Shown in pieces: positions 1 through 10,759 of a DNA stretch of 64,000 nt. This DNA is from Eledone cirrhosa (Eukaryota). A model generated the notes under the pieces. It did no database searches and was not told the origin of the DNA. It saw only the letters and a list, made by a program, of their open reading frames with translations. The stretch covers positions 320,106,001 through 320,170,000 of the forward strand of contig OZ024743.1 in assembly GCA_964016885.1 (NCBI GenBank), given 5' to 3'. A program made the translations under genes and the position numbers. Positions within the stretch are counted from its first letter, which is position 1. Every line of letters starts with the position of its first letter.

Positions 1-1103
1 ACAAAAAGAAATGGATAGGAAGACTAGGAAGCTATTGACTATCTACAACATGTTCCACAAGAGGATTGATGTCGATAGACTCTACCTAAGGAGATCTGAG
101 GGTGGAAGAGGTCTTATCAGCATAGAGGACTGTGTTCAGATGGAGAAAAACAACCTATACAAATACGTGACCTATAGTAAGGAGCCAATGCTCAGAACTG
201 TACTGAAGGAGGGGACAGTAGGCCAGGGGATGTCCAAGGAGGAAATAACATCAAGGAGGAAGTGCAGCCTTAAGGGAAAATCCCTTCATAGTACCTTCTT
301 TGAGAAAACTGAATTTAGAGATCCACAGACATGGAACTGGTTGAGAAGAGGAGACCTCAAAAAGGCTACAGAAGGAATGCTAATGGCTGCGCAGGAGCAG
401 GCCCTCAAAACGAAGTGGTTGAAGCACCATATCTACAAGGAGGAGGCTAGCCCACTGTGCAGGATCTGTGGAGAGAGAGAGGAGACTGTGGCTCACATTG
501 TGTCCGAGTGTAAACACCTAGCCCAGACCCACTATAAGGGCTGGAGACACGATGTGATGGGCAGAGTGGTCCACTGGCACCTGTGCAAAGTAAACAATTT
601 ACCACATTCTGAGAAATGGTATGAGCATAGGCCAGAGGCGGTGATGGAGAACAATCAGGTGAAGGTGCTGTGGGATTTTAGGATACAGACGGACAAAAAA
701 TGGAACACAATAGACCTGACCTGGTGGTTGTGGACAAAGAAAAAAGATCGTGTCTGATTGTGGATGTGGCCTGCCCGTTCGACACGAGAGTGCAAGAGAA
801 GGAGAGGGAGAAAATTAACCGATACCAGGACCTAAAGTGGGAGGTGAAAAGGATTTGGAACTGCCATGAAGTCAAAGTGATCCCGATTGTCATAGGCGCA
901 CTGGGGACTATCTCCAAAAGTTTCCAGGGATGGTTAAAGAAAATCGGCCCCTTCACGCTTTTTGGAACGCTTCAAAAGGCATGCTTGCTTGGAACAGCAA
1001 GAACCCTCCGATAGGTCCTGAATATCTGAGGCTGCAGGTAGTGGCTTGATATTCAATCCAACGGACTTTCCAGTTAACCAACATCAATGACTGAGATTCA
1101 AGG
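1..1103 (+). mobile_element. 3' part of an RLE-type non-LTR retrotransposon (R4/Dong-like): RT thumb, CCHC knuckle, restriction-like endonuclease; frameshift near 700
   Basis: ORF 11-757 has GGRGL, CRICGEREETVAHIVSEC and RHD. ORF 700-1014 has RPDLVVVDK...IVDVACPFD...KINRY. A (TAA)n tract follows, as for Dong-type elements. Confidence 0.85.
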
Positions 1104-1136
1104 AATAACAACAATAATAATAATAATAATAATAAT
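1103..1136. repeat. (TAA)n microsatellite shared by the 3' ends of the R4/Dong-like element and Tx1 copy A
   Basis: aataacaacaataataataataataataataat. Confidence 0.9.
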
Positions 1137-4100
1137 GTTTTCTTTATTAACCACAAGGGTTTACATAAAGTAGACATTAAGGACAGTACAGGACAATACA
1201 GGACGGTACAAATGGTCATTTCTGCGTGTAAAAAAAAACAGTGGATGAAATAAAATAACAAAGAAAAATTCCCCACTAGGGGGGAGACTTCCGAGGGACA
1301 TTTGTGGAGAAAGCCCATTAAAAACCACAGTGGCCCTGACCACCAGGGCAAGTGCCCTCTCCCAGTCTTCCACCTTTAATTTACAGACACATACTCAGAG
1401 AAGGCCCATTCATTCGGGCCATACTTGCTTCTCTCACCCATCTTTCAACAAAATGCTGGGAAGAGAGCCCTTCCCTCTCTACCCTGATTTTCCTTTTCAG
1501 ATGAAATTTGAAAAAGTTAATCAGGGCATCACCGAAGAGGTAAGTGCTCGTCTTCAGCCCTTTCAAACGTGTCCACCATACTATCTCTTTCGCCATGGCC
1601 ACCAGACAGATAAAAACTGCCTGCCCTTCCCAGCTAAAGGAAGAGGGCGGGGCAATCCTCACGATGGACTAAGCTGATAGCTGGATCCGTCCTACACGTG
1701 ACAGCAGGTGTTCGACATAAACCCACAAGTCAGCAATGCTCGGACACTGGACGAGTGCGTGCAGGACGGTTTCGTCGCCCTGTGCGCATCTCGGACATGC
1801 CCGGCTGACGGCACCTCCATGCCTGTAAAGTTTATCCCGAACTGGCAAAGCACCCCGGTAGCACTATCAGGCCAGGGATTTCTGGAAGTTGTCCATAGGC
1901 CCCGGCCCGAAAGTCCTTCCGAAGAGATTGGCTAGTTGATTTTCGTCGACGCCTAGAGTTTCTACAAGTACGTCGTCGCTCTTCCCCTCCACTAATCCCC
2001 TATAGAACGCCAAGGTGGAGTTTCCACCGATCACATTGCCCGATTGGTCGAGGGCTGTGAGCGGCTGTAGACATTCCAGTGTCCAACCGCTCCCATCGGA
2101 GCGCGTCCCTTCCACAAGAAGCGAAAGAGCAAACGCTCCAGCGCAGTCAGGCGGGGCTTAGGACAAGGTACGACGGTCAGGCGGTAGTAGATGACGGACG
2201 CGATGTACGCGAGAGCCACCTCCGTTCGACCTTTCAGGGATAGCTTCCTCTCGGCCCATTTCTGGGTGAGAGAAGCCACCCTGCTCGTCACCTCGTCCCA
2301 GTTGTTGTCCGTCTGGAGGTCTGGACCGAACCAGATCCCTAGCAATTTAACCGGTCCGTCCGTCCAGCGCCCGACGACGCTGTTGGACGGCATGGACCTG
2401 CCTCTCCAGGTGCCGAGCTGCAGGCCCACTGACTTTTCCTGGTTGATCATTGCTCCTGTCACCGCTTCGTATTCTCTTAGTGTAGTGCCGATCGCCTCGA
2501 TGTGTTTGGCGTTCGACACCACTACGGTGACATCGTCGGCATATGCTGACACGGATCTTCCGCATCCTAGTTCGCGCGGGACCCCCCTCAACATCTCCAG
2601 TTTGTGCAGTAATGGCTCGAGAGTCAATACGTACAATAGGGACGAGAGGGGACATCCTTGGAGGACCGAGCGCATGATGTTGAACGGTTCCGAAAGGTGA
2701 CCGTTCACTCTCACCACAGAGCAGATATCGCTGTGCATGGCAGCGATCCAGCCTCTGAAGACGGGCCGAAAGCCAGCCGCCCTCAGGACTGCCGCTAGGT
2801 AACGATGGTCGACACTATCGAAAGCTTTCGACTGATCTAAATTGATCAAGGACCCACCCGTGCCAGGTTCCCTAGCTACCCTCTCTACGATGTATCGCAT
2901 GAGGTGGAGGTTGTCGTGGATGGATCTGTCGGGAATGGCGCATGTCTGTGCCTCTCCCACCAGACCACCAACGACAAGCGCCAACCTCTTTGCTAGCACT
3001 TTGGCCAAATTCTTGAACTCTGTGTTTAGCAGAGTTATGGGCCTGAAATTATCTGTTATCCCCATTGTTCGGATCCTTTCTCAGCAGCGCCACAGCTCCT
3101 CGGCTCACAGAGGTGGGAATTCTCCCGTTCTGTTGCCAGTTGCAGTAGACGTCCGCCAAGAGGCCTCCGAACAAGTCTGGCATCTGTACGTAAAGTTCAT
3201 AGGGCAGACCATCCAAATCAGGCATTTACCGCTTGTGCAGCCAGTCATTGCCTCCCGTACTTCAGCGGCTGTTATCGGCTTTTCGCAATGCTCCGCCTCA
3301 GTGGCCGGGAGCCGCGGCAGTCCGTCGAGGTAGACACTAAAGTCCATCCCTCGTTCCGGCCCGCCGCTGCCCACGAACAGCTGTGCGAAATTTCGCTGAA
3401 AAGCTTCACACATTTGCCTGGGATCGAGTAGCATGCGCCCGTCGTGGTCCACCAAAAACCGGATCGTGGCTTTGTTGCCACGATGCGCATCCGCCACTTG
3501 GGCCCATTGAACGGCTTTCGTCCTCTCGTATCTGAGAGCACGCACCTTAGCTCTGACAACGCAGCCTTCGTGCTTTGCATTGAAGAATTGGTCAAGGGCC
3601 AATCTCGTCGCTAGTACCTCGGGCGCGATGCCTTTGCTAAGCGCCTCGTGTAATTTTCTAACTAGTTCTCCCTCTGCTCTATTTTTCTCCATTGCTAATG
3701 TCTTACTAAACCCAATGGACTCTATTCTACTCGCTCTTTTAAGAGCAAACCAAAAACTTGTTGTTGACGATGGCCCCGTCAACGCCCGCTTAACTAGTTC
3801 GCTAATCCGGTCTCTGTAGGCCTTGCGCGCTGGTAAGGAGGCGTTTAGCTTCCAGTAGCCGGGTCCACGTCTATGAAGCCTATCTATGTCAAGCACACAG
3901 ATCACGAATTTGTGGTCCGTCTAGCTGACTATCTTGAATTGTGGACAGCCTATGCTAGACCTATCTATTTCCCAACAAAATACTCTATCTAGATATGATC
4001 TGGATGACCCTATGCGATTTGTCCAAGTCCACATTGGCACATTCGGGAAATCCAATCGGTACATGTCAGACAGTTGAAAACGCCTGAGCAGGTTGGTGAG

Positions 4101-6540
4101 CCTCTTGCACCCTCCTTCCTTATCCGCTAATCCCACACAGTCCCAGCGTGCAACTAAGATCCCGTTCCAGTCGCCCACTAACACTAAAGAGCGGGACGTT
4201 CCAAGAAAGGTCTCCAGACGCCGGAAGAAATCAGGCCGCCCTGCTCCTGTCGGGGCATAGACGGCCACTAGCCTGAAAGCTTGCCCGTCTCCGCTGGTCA
4301 CGTCCAGCACCACCAACATACCTTCTGGGTCCAGGAAGATGGCCCGTATGGCGAGATCTAAACCTTTCTGAAAAAGCACAGCAACTCTTCCCTCCGATCC
4401 AGGACGGCTGGGAGATGCGTACACATCGTAGCCGCCGAAAATCGGTACGAAGGTCCGTGCATCGGAGATACTGCTCTCGCTGATGGCCACTACATCTATG
4501 TTTAGTGACCTGAGGTAGTTGAGCAGGTGGTCCTGCTTCCATGATGACCCCAAGCCACGCGCATTTATGCTGCCTATTCTGAGTGATGTCATGTTGAAAT
4601 GGAGTGGAAAAGATGGGATAGACCACTTACCTTACTTCTCGTAGGGGAAGGATGGTTTTTCCATCCTTTTCACCGCTTCTGGCCGCCTCCGGAAGGATGT
4701 CCTTATAAATCCTCCTGGAGAGTGCTTGTCAGAAGTCTTCGATGTCTTTGGGGAATTTTTGTTTTAGTGTCGTGTACGTTTTCTGTGTGATGCGAGTGAT
4801 CTGTATATGTGGTGGTGGTGTGAACTTTTGGGTTGTTGTGTAGTCTTTTTCTGTGATACTGGTGTTGTGTTGGATGTAATGTAATAATTGGTTGTTGTTC
4901 AAATTTAATGTTGTGAGTGTGTATCGTTTTGGTTGTTTTTTTTGTTTGCGTTTGTTGTGGGTTTGTTTCTGTTTCGCTTTTTGGTGACTTTTGTGCTGTT
5001 GGTGATGGTGGTGTTGGGGTTAATGATGGTGATGGTGTTGGTGTTTGTGGTGATGGGGTTGGTGATGCTGGTGTGGATGGTGGCATAGCTGTCCTAACTT
5101 TTTTGTTTGATATTTTATGTGTTTCCCTCTGTATTTTGTTTTTGGAGGGGGGAGGAAGAGGATTTTTTTCATTTTTGCTTTCTTTTTCTTTGTTTTCTTT
5201 TTTCCTGATACCGTTTCCCACTCCTCTTGTCACAATCTATCTCCAGTTGCGATAGGTCGGGGAGTGGAAAATCCTCCATGGGCGTTGGTTTTGGTTGTGG
5301 CGTGGTGGATGGTGTAGGCGCTGGTGCTAGTTCTGGCGCGTTTTGGTGGTGGTGGTGTTGGTTTTGCTAGTGTTGCTGGGTTTGTTGCTGTTACAGTTGC
5401 TTCTGTTGTTGCTACTACATTTGTTAGTGCCATTTCTGCTGCTGGTGGTGTTGATGGTTGAGTCACTGTTGTGGGTAAGAGAGGTGGCCTCAACCTTTTA
5501 GCCTGAGGGCAGAAAGCCCTTAGGTGGGTTCCTTCACCATAAACGTCACACCTAGGCCTTCTGCCCTCGACGATTACGGTTAGGTGGCTGCCGTCAGTGA
5601 AGTCTATTACCTCTGGTATCTCCTCTTTTTGGTCTGCTTGGATCAGGAGCTCCATCCCAGATCCGGACCAGTTCTCTTGCTTTTCTTTCGCTATTTCGAT
5701 TATTTTGGTGCCAGGGAATTTCGATGGTCGGTGGAACGTGGGTCACCCTGATCTTCACGAGTCTCTGGCCACAATAGCTTGTGAAGTCGTCACTTCTTAA
5801 TGGGGCCATGGAGTGTTCTCTGGTCTCCTGTGGTGTTTCAAAGAACACGTCCACGGTTCCATATTTCTGCCCACGTCTGATGTGAGTTTTTTTTGCCCAC
5901 ACATGTCCCAAAGCTTTTTGGATTTGGGACTCGGATGCCAGTTCCACTCGGCGCGATTTTATGTTAATCGTCCGATAAGACACGGTGCATAGACGCCGAT
6001 GCTTCATTTTATTAGGTGGGGGTGAGGCTGACCATGTACCCATATTCCTTTACCATTCTTTTGGCTTCTTCTAATTCCTCCTGAGTTACCTGTATTGCTT
6101 CGCACTTTTTTGCTACTCTTGCAAAAGACAGGGTTTTCTTATTCTCATTATTGTTGTTGTTGTTATCGTTATTTTTGTTATTGTTAATTTTAGTTTCAGT
6201 TGTGGTTGTGGTGGCGTCAGTGGTATTCGGTGTGGAAGAGTTTATTCTGGGTGAATTCATTTCGATATCACGAGATAATTTATTTTTTTCTTTTGTTTCT
6301 GTTGTCGCTGTGGTGGTGGTGGGGGTGGCGGCTTCAACACTTGCAGTCATTGGTAATGGCGGAAATGAATGTCTGCCTGAGACAAATTTAAAATATTGCT
6401 ACTGCTTATATTTTTAGTGTTGGCAAACGTAGTAATATTTACAATGGTTGTGTCGGTGTGAGGTGTTAGTTTGTGAGGAAGGCTCTCAGCTACTTGGTTC
6501 AGCTGTGAGTCGGCCATGATTTTTCAAGAAAATTATTTTT
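1137..6540 (-). mobile_element. Near full-length Tx1/L1-clade LINE, copy A (disrupted ORF1 about 6517-4627, ORF2 4592-1381)
   Basis: APE motifs (SINARGL, LVGDWN, SRSYLDR, GPGYWKLN), RT motifs (NFRPITLLN, LDQSKAFD, QGCPLS, AYADD), ORF1 knuckle remnant (RPRCDVYGEGTHLRAFCP), AATAAA next to the (TAA)n. The 5' boundary is approximate. Confidence 0.92.
1381..4592 (-). pseudogene. Tx1 ORF2 (APE endonuclease-reverse transcriptase-CCHC), frameshifted
   Basis: Consecutive ORF pieces 3921-4592, 3105-3905, 2031-3065, 1867-2115, 1381-1662. Confidence 0.9.
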
Positions 6541-8382
6541 TTCGATAATTATAAAAGTTTAAATGTTGGGCTCAAGGCCCCAATCTTTTTGATTGTCCTT
6601 TTCAGAAAACAATGTATGTGCACTTATATACAGTTAACAATAAAAATTTTCCATAAATGGCAATTTTAAACAACTGAAAACAACAAACCTTTGTGGAGCT
6701 CACGATGATACGATTTACTACGTAGGTCGCCAATAATAATAATAATAATAAGATATAAGGGAAGAAGGCGCACGTGGTAGATAGAATGGTATGAAATCGC
6801 TCCCGTAAGATTTTGATTTTTAACATATTTAAAACAATTGTGATATAACAATTCTTAGTACAAATGATACATAAAGCACCAGACTCTGCTCTCAGAAAAA
6901 TTCGGATCCATAATATCCTGTTATATAGCTCAAATATTCAATTTTGTATTATAAATTTGATATTGAAAAATGAAAATGGTTATAAATGGAAGAACCCCCC
7001 CCCCCCCCGTCTACACTATATAGAACAGCCAAATAACAGCAATTTCACCAACACCACAAATTAGATACACCACCTATCCCATCACCCCTCTGTGTACACT
7101 AAATACAATAGCCAGATAGCGGCAATTTCACCACCACCACCACCAATCCCAGCATAATAATAATAATTAGTATTATTGTATCTCAAGTTTTCTCAAAATG
7201 TTTAATTCAAATATTAAGAAAATATGTCAACACATATATTAAACATACGCGACAAACCGCATAGATACACAGATCAAACAAACGCATACTACTACAGTCT
7301 ATTCAACAAAACCCAGTAACGACATCACTATAGTCACCGCCGCCACCACGCCATCCATCATTGCTACCACTATCCCATCACCGTCGCCACCACTCCTTCA
7401 TTGCTACCACCACTATTCCCCCACTACATCCTGTTAACTTAAGAAAGGGGAAGGTGGCGGTATCACTAGACAAGGGAGAGGCTAGCAAAAGATATAAATA
7501 GACTGATTTAGTGACTCGGTCAAACGTCAACGACTATAGCATTGCTGGCCCACCAACAATAGAAAAAGCCCCAGCACCACCACCGACATAGCCAACAACA
7601 ATAACAGGCAACTTCAGCAAAAAGTATATTATATTATTAATAATAATTTCATTCTTAAGCCACGCAATGCTCACATTAAGGATCACTCATGATAATAACA
7701 ATTTAAAAAACAACAAAAAAGAAAACCCCGTGACCAAGAAATACCGGGATGGCGACCGGCGGGGAATAGCCGTGTCTCTAGGGGAGGAAGACCCCTCAAG
7801 TCTTGGTTGACACTCGTCCTAGAAGTGGTAACACGAATGATTAAGGATAAAACGCGACAAAATAAAGTAAATGTCAAATGATACACACAAAAAAGCATAT
7901 CACCATTATCAACACAGGCCCAAAGCAGGCACATATACCGAACCACACTCATACATACACGCACACACCAAAACACATAACATCATCAAGAACAAAATGC
8001 AAACTACCAAAACACACATACACGCATACACACTCACAAAAAAGCGCACACAAAAGCAAAAACTAAAACCAAGACGCACACACACTCAGTATACCAGTAA
8101 CAATTATAGATTCCGACACTCCCCATCTACTTTGTCGGCACATCAGCACGCAAGATTGGTTCCTCATGCACCTTACCCAACCTAGTAAACACTCTTTCTT
8201 CCTCTTTTTAACCTTTCAAACCCCCTTCTTCTCTTCACTCTACTTTTCCTAATGAAGGACCCATATCAAATAAATCGAGATATTCCTTTTCTTTTTTCAA
8301 CAAGCCTGAAACTAATACGACTGTGTAATTATATCTCTGTGTTTGTCGTTTTTAATTCTATATATATATATATATATATATA

Positions 8383-8503
8383 TGATGAGGGACTTATTGT
8401 ATTACATGTTATCCATGTGCTACCAGCAGTATTTTTCTCCCCATTTTATCACATATATTTACCTAAACTGCGATTCTGTTTTTTTCTCTCTCTCTCTCTC
8501 GCT

Positions 8504-8573
<70 letters not shown>

Positions 8574-9568
8574 TCTCTCTCTTACTGCTCCCTCATTCTC
8601 TCTGTTTCTCCTACTTTCTTTCGCCCCCTCTGTCATGTCAGTTAACTCTTCCTCACACTTCCACTCACTCACTCACTCACTGTTTCTACTCTCCTCCTCT
8701 CCTCACTTCACCCCGTTCGCAACGAAAGCAATTTATCTCTTTCTTACATTGCATTCGTTCGCGAAAGGTCTTTTTTCTAAGCGCTCATATATTCCCCTAG
8801 CTTATGCTAACAGAATAACTATGAAGCTTGTTTCCTTCCTCTACGGTTAGCTCTACTCTTTGTTGTTTTCCTGTCTCACTCGCTTTACGCGTTTTAATTG
8901 TCCTAATAACTTAATTTAGTTATTATTGCACCGACGTGAGGTATATGATTTTTAATGCAATGAAATATCTATGATCGTCGGCAAATCACTGATGAGGGAC
9001 TTATTTTATTACATGTTATCCATGTGCTACCAGCAGTATTTTTCTCCCCATTTTATCACATATATTTACCTAAACTGCGATTCTGTTTTTATCTCTCTCT
9101 CTCTCTCTTACTGCTCCCTCATTCTCTCTGTTTCTCCTACTTTCTTTCGTCCCCTCTGTCATGTCAGTTAACTCTTCCTCAGACTTCCACTCACTCACTC
9201 ACTGTTTCTCCTCTCCTCACTTCACCCCGTTCGCAACGAAAGCAATTTCTCTCTTTCTTACATTGCATTCGTTCGCGAAAGGTCTTTTTTCTAAGCGCTC
9301 ATATATTCACCTAGCTTACGCTAACAGAATAACTATGAAGCTTGGTTTCTTCCTCTACGGTTAGCTCTACTCTTTGTTGTTTTCCTGTCTCACTCGCTTT
9401 ACGCGTTTTAATTGTCCTAATAACTTAATTTAGTTATTATTGCACCGACGTGAGGTATATGATTTTTAATGCAATGAAATATCTATGATCGTCGGCAAAT
9501 CACTGATGAGGGACTTATTTTATTACATGTTATCCATGTGCTACCAGCAGTATTTTTCTCCCCATTTT

Positions 9569-9572
<4 letters not shown>
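8383..9572 (+). repeat. Head-to-tail about 2.1-mer of a 514-bp non-coding unit, flanked by (TA)n
   Basis: tgatgagggactt... starts at 8383, 8990 and 9504. The first unit is lengthened by a (CT)n expansion. Confidence 0.92.
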
Positions 9573-9608
<36 letters not shown>

Positions 9609-9668
9609 CACATATATAGATAGATATAGATATAACTACAGATATATATATATATACATACATGCATT

Positions 9669-9699
<31 letters not shown>

Positions 9700-9753
9700 G
9701 TGTGTATGTATATCTGCCTGTAGATATAGATATATATACATACATATATATAT

Positions 9754-10025
9754 ATATAATATAAAACGAAAAATCAGTGATGCATCTGAACTCAATTTAT
9801 TGTGTGTTACAATTGTTTCGCCGGCGGCCAGCTGGAGATGCGATCATTGTGTGATCACTGAGAGAATATGCTCCGAAATCATTAGACGTGTCCGTCGAAC
9901 CTGTGGGTCCAGAATCAGACAGATCCACACAATGATCGCGTCAGGAGCTGTCCGCCGGCGAAACAATTGTAACACACAATAAATTGAGTTCAGATGCATC
10001 ACTGATTTTTCGTTTTATATTATAT
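9754..10025. repeat. Long inverted repeat (about 100-bp arms, about 70-bp spacer) next to (TA)n
   Basis: ataaaacgaaaaatcagtgatgcatctgaactcaatttattgtgtgttacaattgtttcgccggcgg is mirrored at about 9952-10018. Confidence 0.9.
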
Positions 10026-10211
10026 CATACTCTGCTCTGTAAGAGCATAGAGTGCTCAACCGGCATACCGCCTATGGAAGCATTTTAGCTACCATCCGAG
10101 ACATATACATATATATACATATATATATATATATAAAATGAGCGGAGCAAGCAATTATCAAACAATTCTCTAAATAAATTAAAAACGATTCAAATAATCA
10201 CCTGTTCTATT

Positions 10212-10291
10212 GCTGTTACTGACGGTTTCACCAATCCAAAGATTGGAAATCCAGAGAATTTCCAATGGAAAGAATTAGATCTTCAGACAGC
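10212..10291 (-). ncRNA. Type I hammerhead ribozyme candidate with long stem II
   Basis: Reverse complement reads GCUGU-CUGAAGA-UCUAAUUC...GGAUUGGU-GAAA-C-CGUCA-GUA-ACAGC. Stem I has 5 bp; GUA cleavage triplet; U.U at the base of stem II. Confidence 0.65.
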
Positions 10292-10409
10292 TTATTTCCA
10301 CACTATAAGGTTGCTAATTTCACAGTAAGTCAATATTTCGCTTCCTGTCTAACGCATGCGGTCAGGCCGTTAAAATGACACACACGCAAAATCAGGTCGC
10401 AAGTAAGAG

Positions 10410-10450
<41 letters not shown>

Positions 10451-10459
10451 TTTCGAATC

Positions 10460-10740
10460 TTCAAAGAAATACAGTTTTAGGAAGCCGTAGCTATGCAAAC
10501 ACCGGGGGGCTAACGACCACTGGTGATGTTCAGCAGAAGCAAGGGGGACAACCGTCTATGCATTTCAGGCTTAACTTCTAGTCCACCAGTCGCAAGCGGT
10601 GGGAGGGACCGTCCTGACGAAGGCCGGTTAAACCTGAAATGCATAGACGGTTGTCCCCCTTCTGCTGGACATAACCAGAGGGCGTTAGCCCCCCGGTGTT
10701 TGCATGGCTACGGCTTCCTAAAACTGTATTTCTTTGGAGA
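10460..10740. repeat. Imperfect inverted repeat (about 115-bp arms) overlapping a hammerhead; pLTR-like foldback
   Basis: aaagaaatacagttttaggaagccgtagc...ccgtctatgcatttcagg versus cctgaaatgcatagacgg...gctacggcttcctaaaactgtatttcttt. Confidence 0.88.
10608..10651 (+). ncRNA. Minimal type I hammerhead ribozyme (PLE-type, palindromic stem III loop)
   Basis: ACCGUC-CUGACGA-AGG(ccggttaaa)CCU-GAAA-UGCA-UA-GACGGU. The core is complete and stem I has 6 bp. Confidence 0.88.
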
Positions 10741-10759
10741 TACGACATATTTATACATA

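Noticed and set aside
2191-3819. Antisense ORFs overlapping Tx1 ORF2 (recurring in other copies)
   Set aside because: Shadow frames of conserved coding sequence, with variable starts and stops and no motifs.
6695-6805. GGAGC...CGATGA...GAAA-TC-GCTCC hammerhead-like layout
   Set aside because: The core is non-canonical and there is no room for stem III.
7730-7860. GC-rich island in AT-rich DNA
   Set aside because: It could not be assigned to a family, structure or reading frame from sequence alone.
8989-9160. CTGATGA-GGGAC as a canonical hammerhead core
   Set aside because: The complementary GTCCC near 9149 is not followed by GAAA, and no type I, II or III arrangement closes.
8252-9982. ORFs rich in YI, SL or RE repeats (also at 14323-14601, 32801-33136, 43023-43367, 62990-63199)
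   Set aside because: These are translations of microsatellites.
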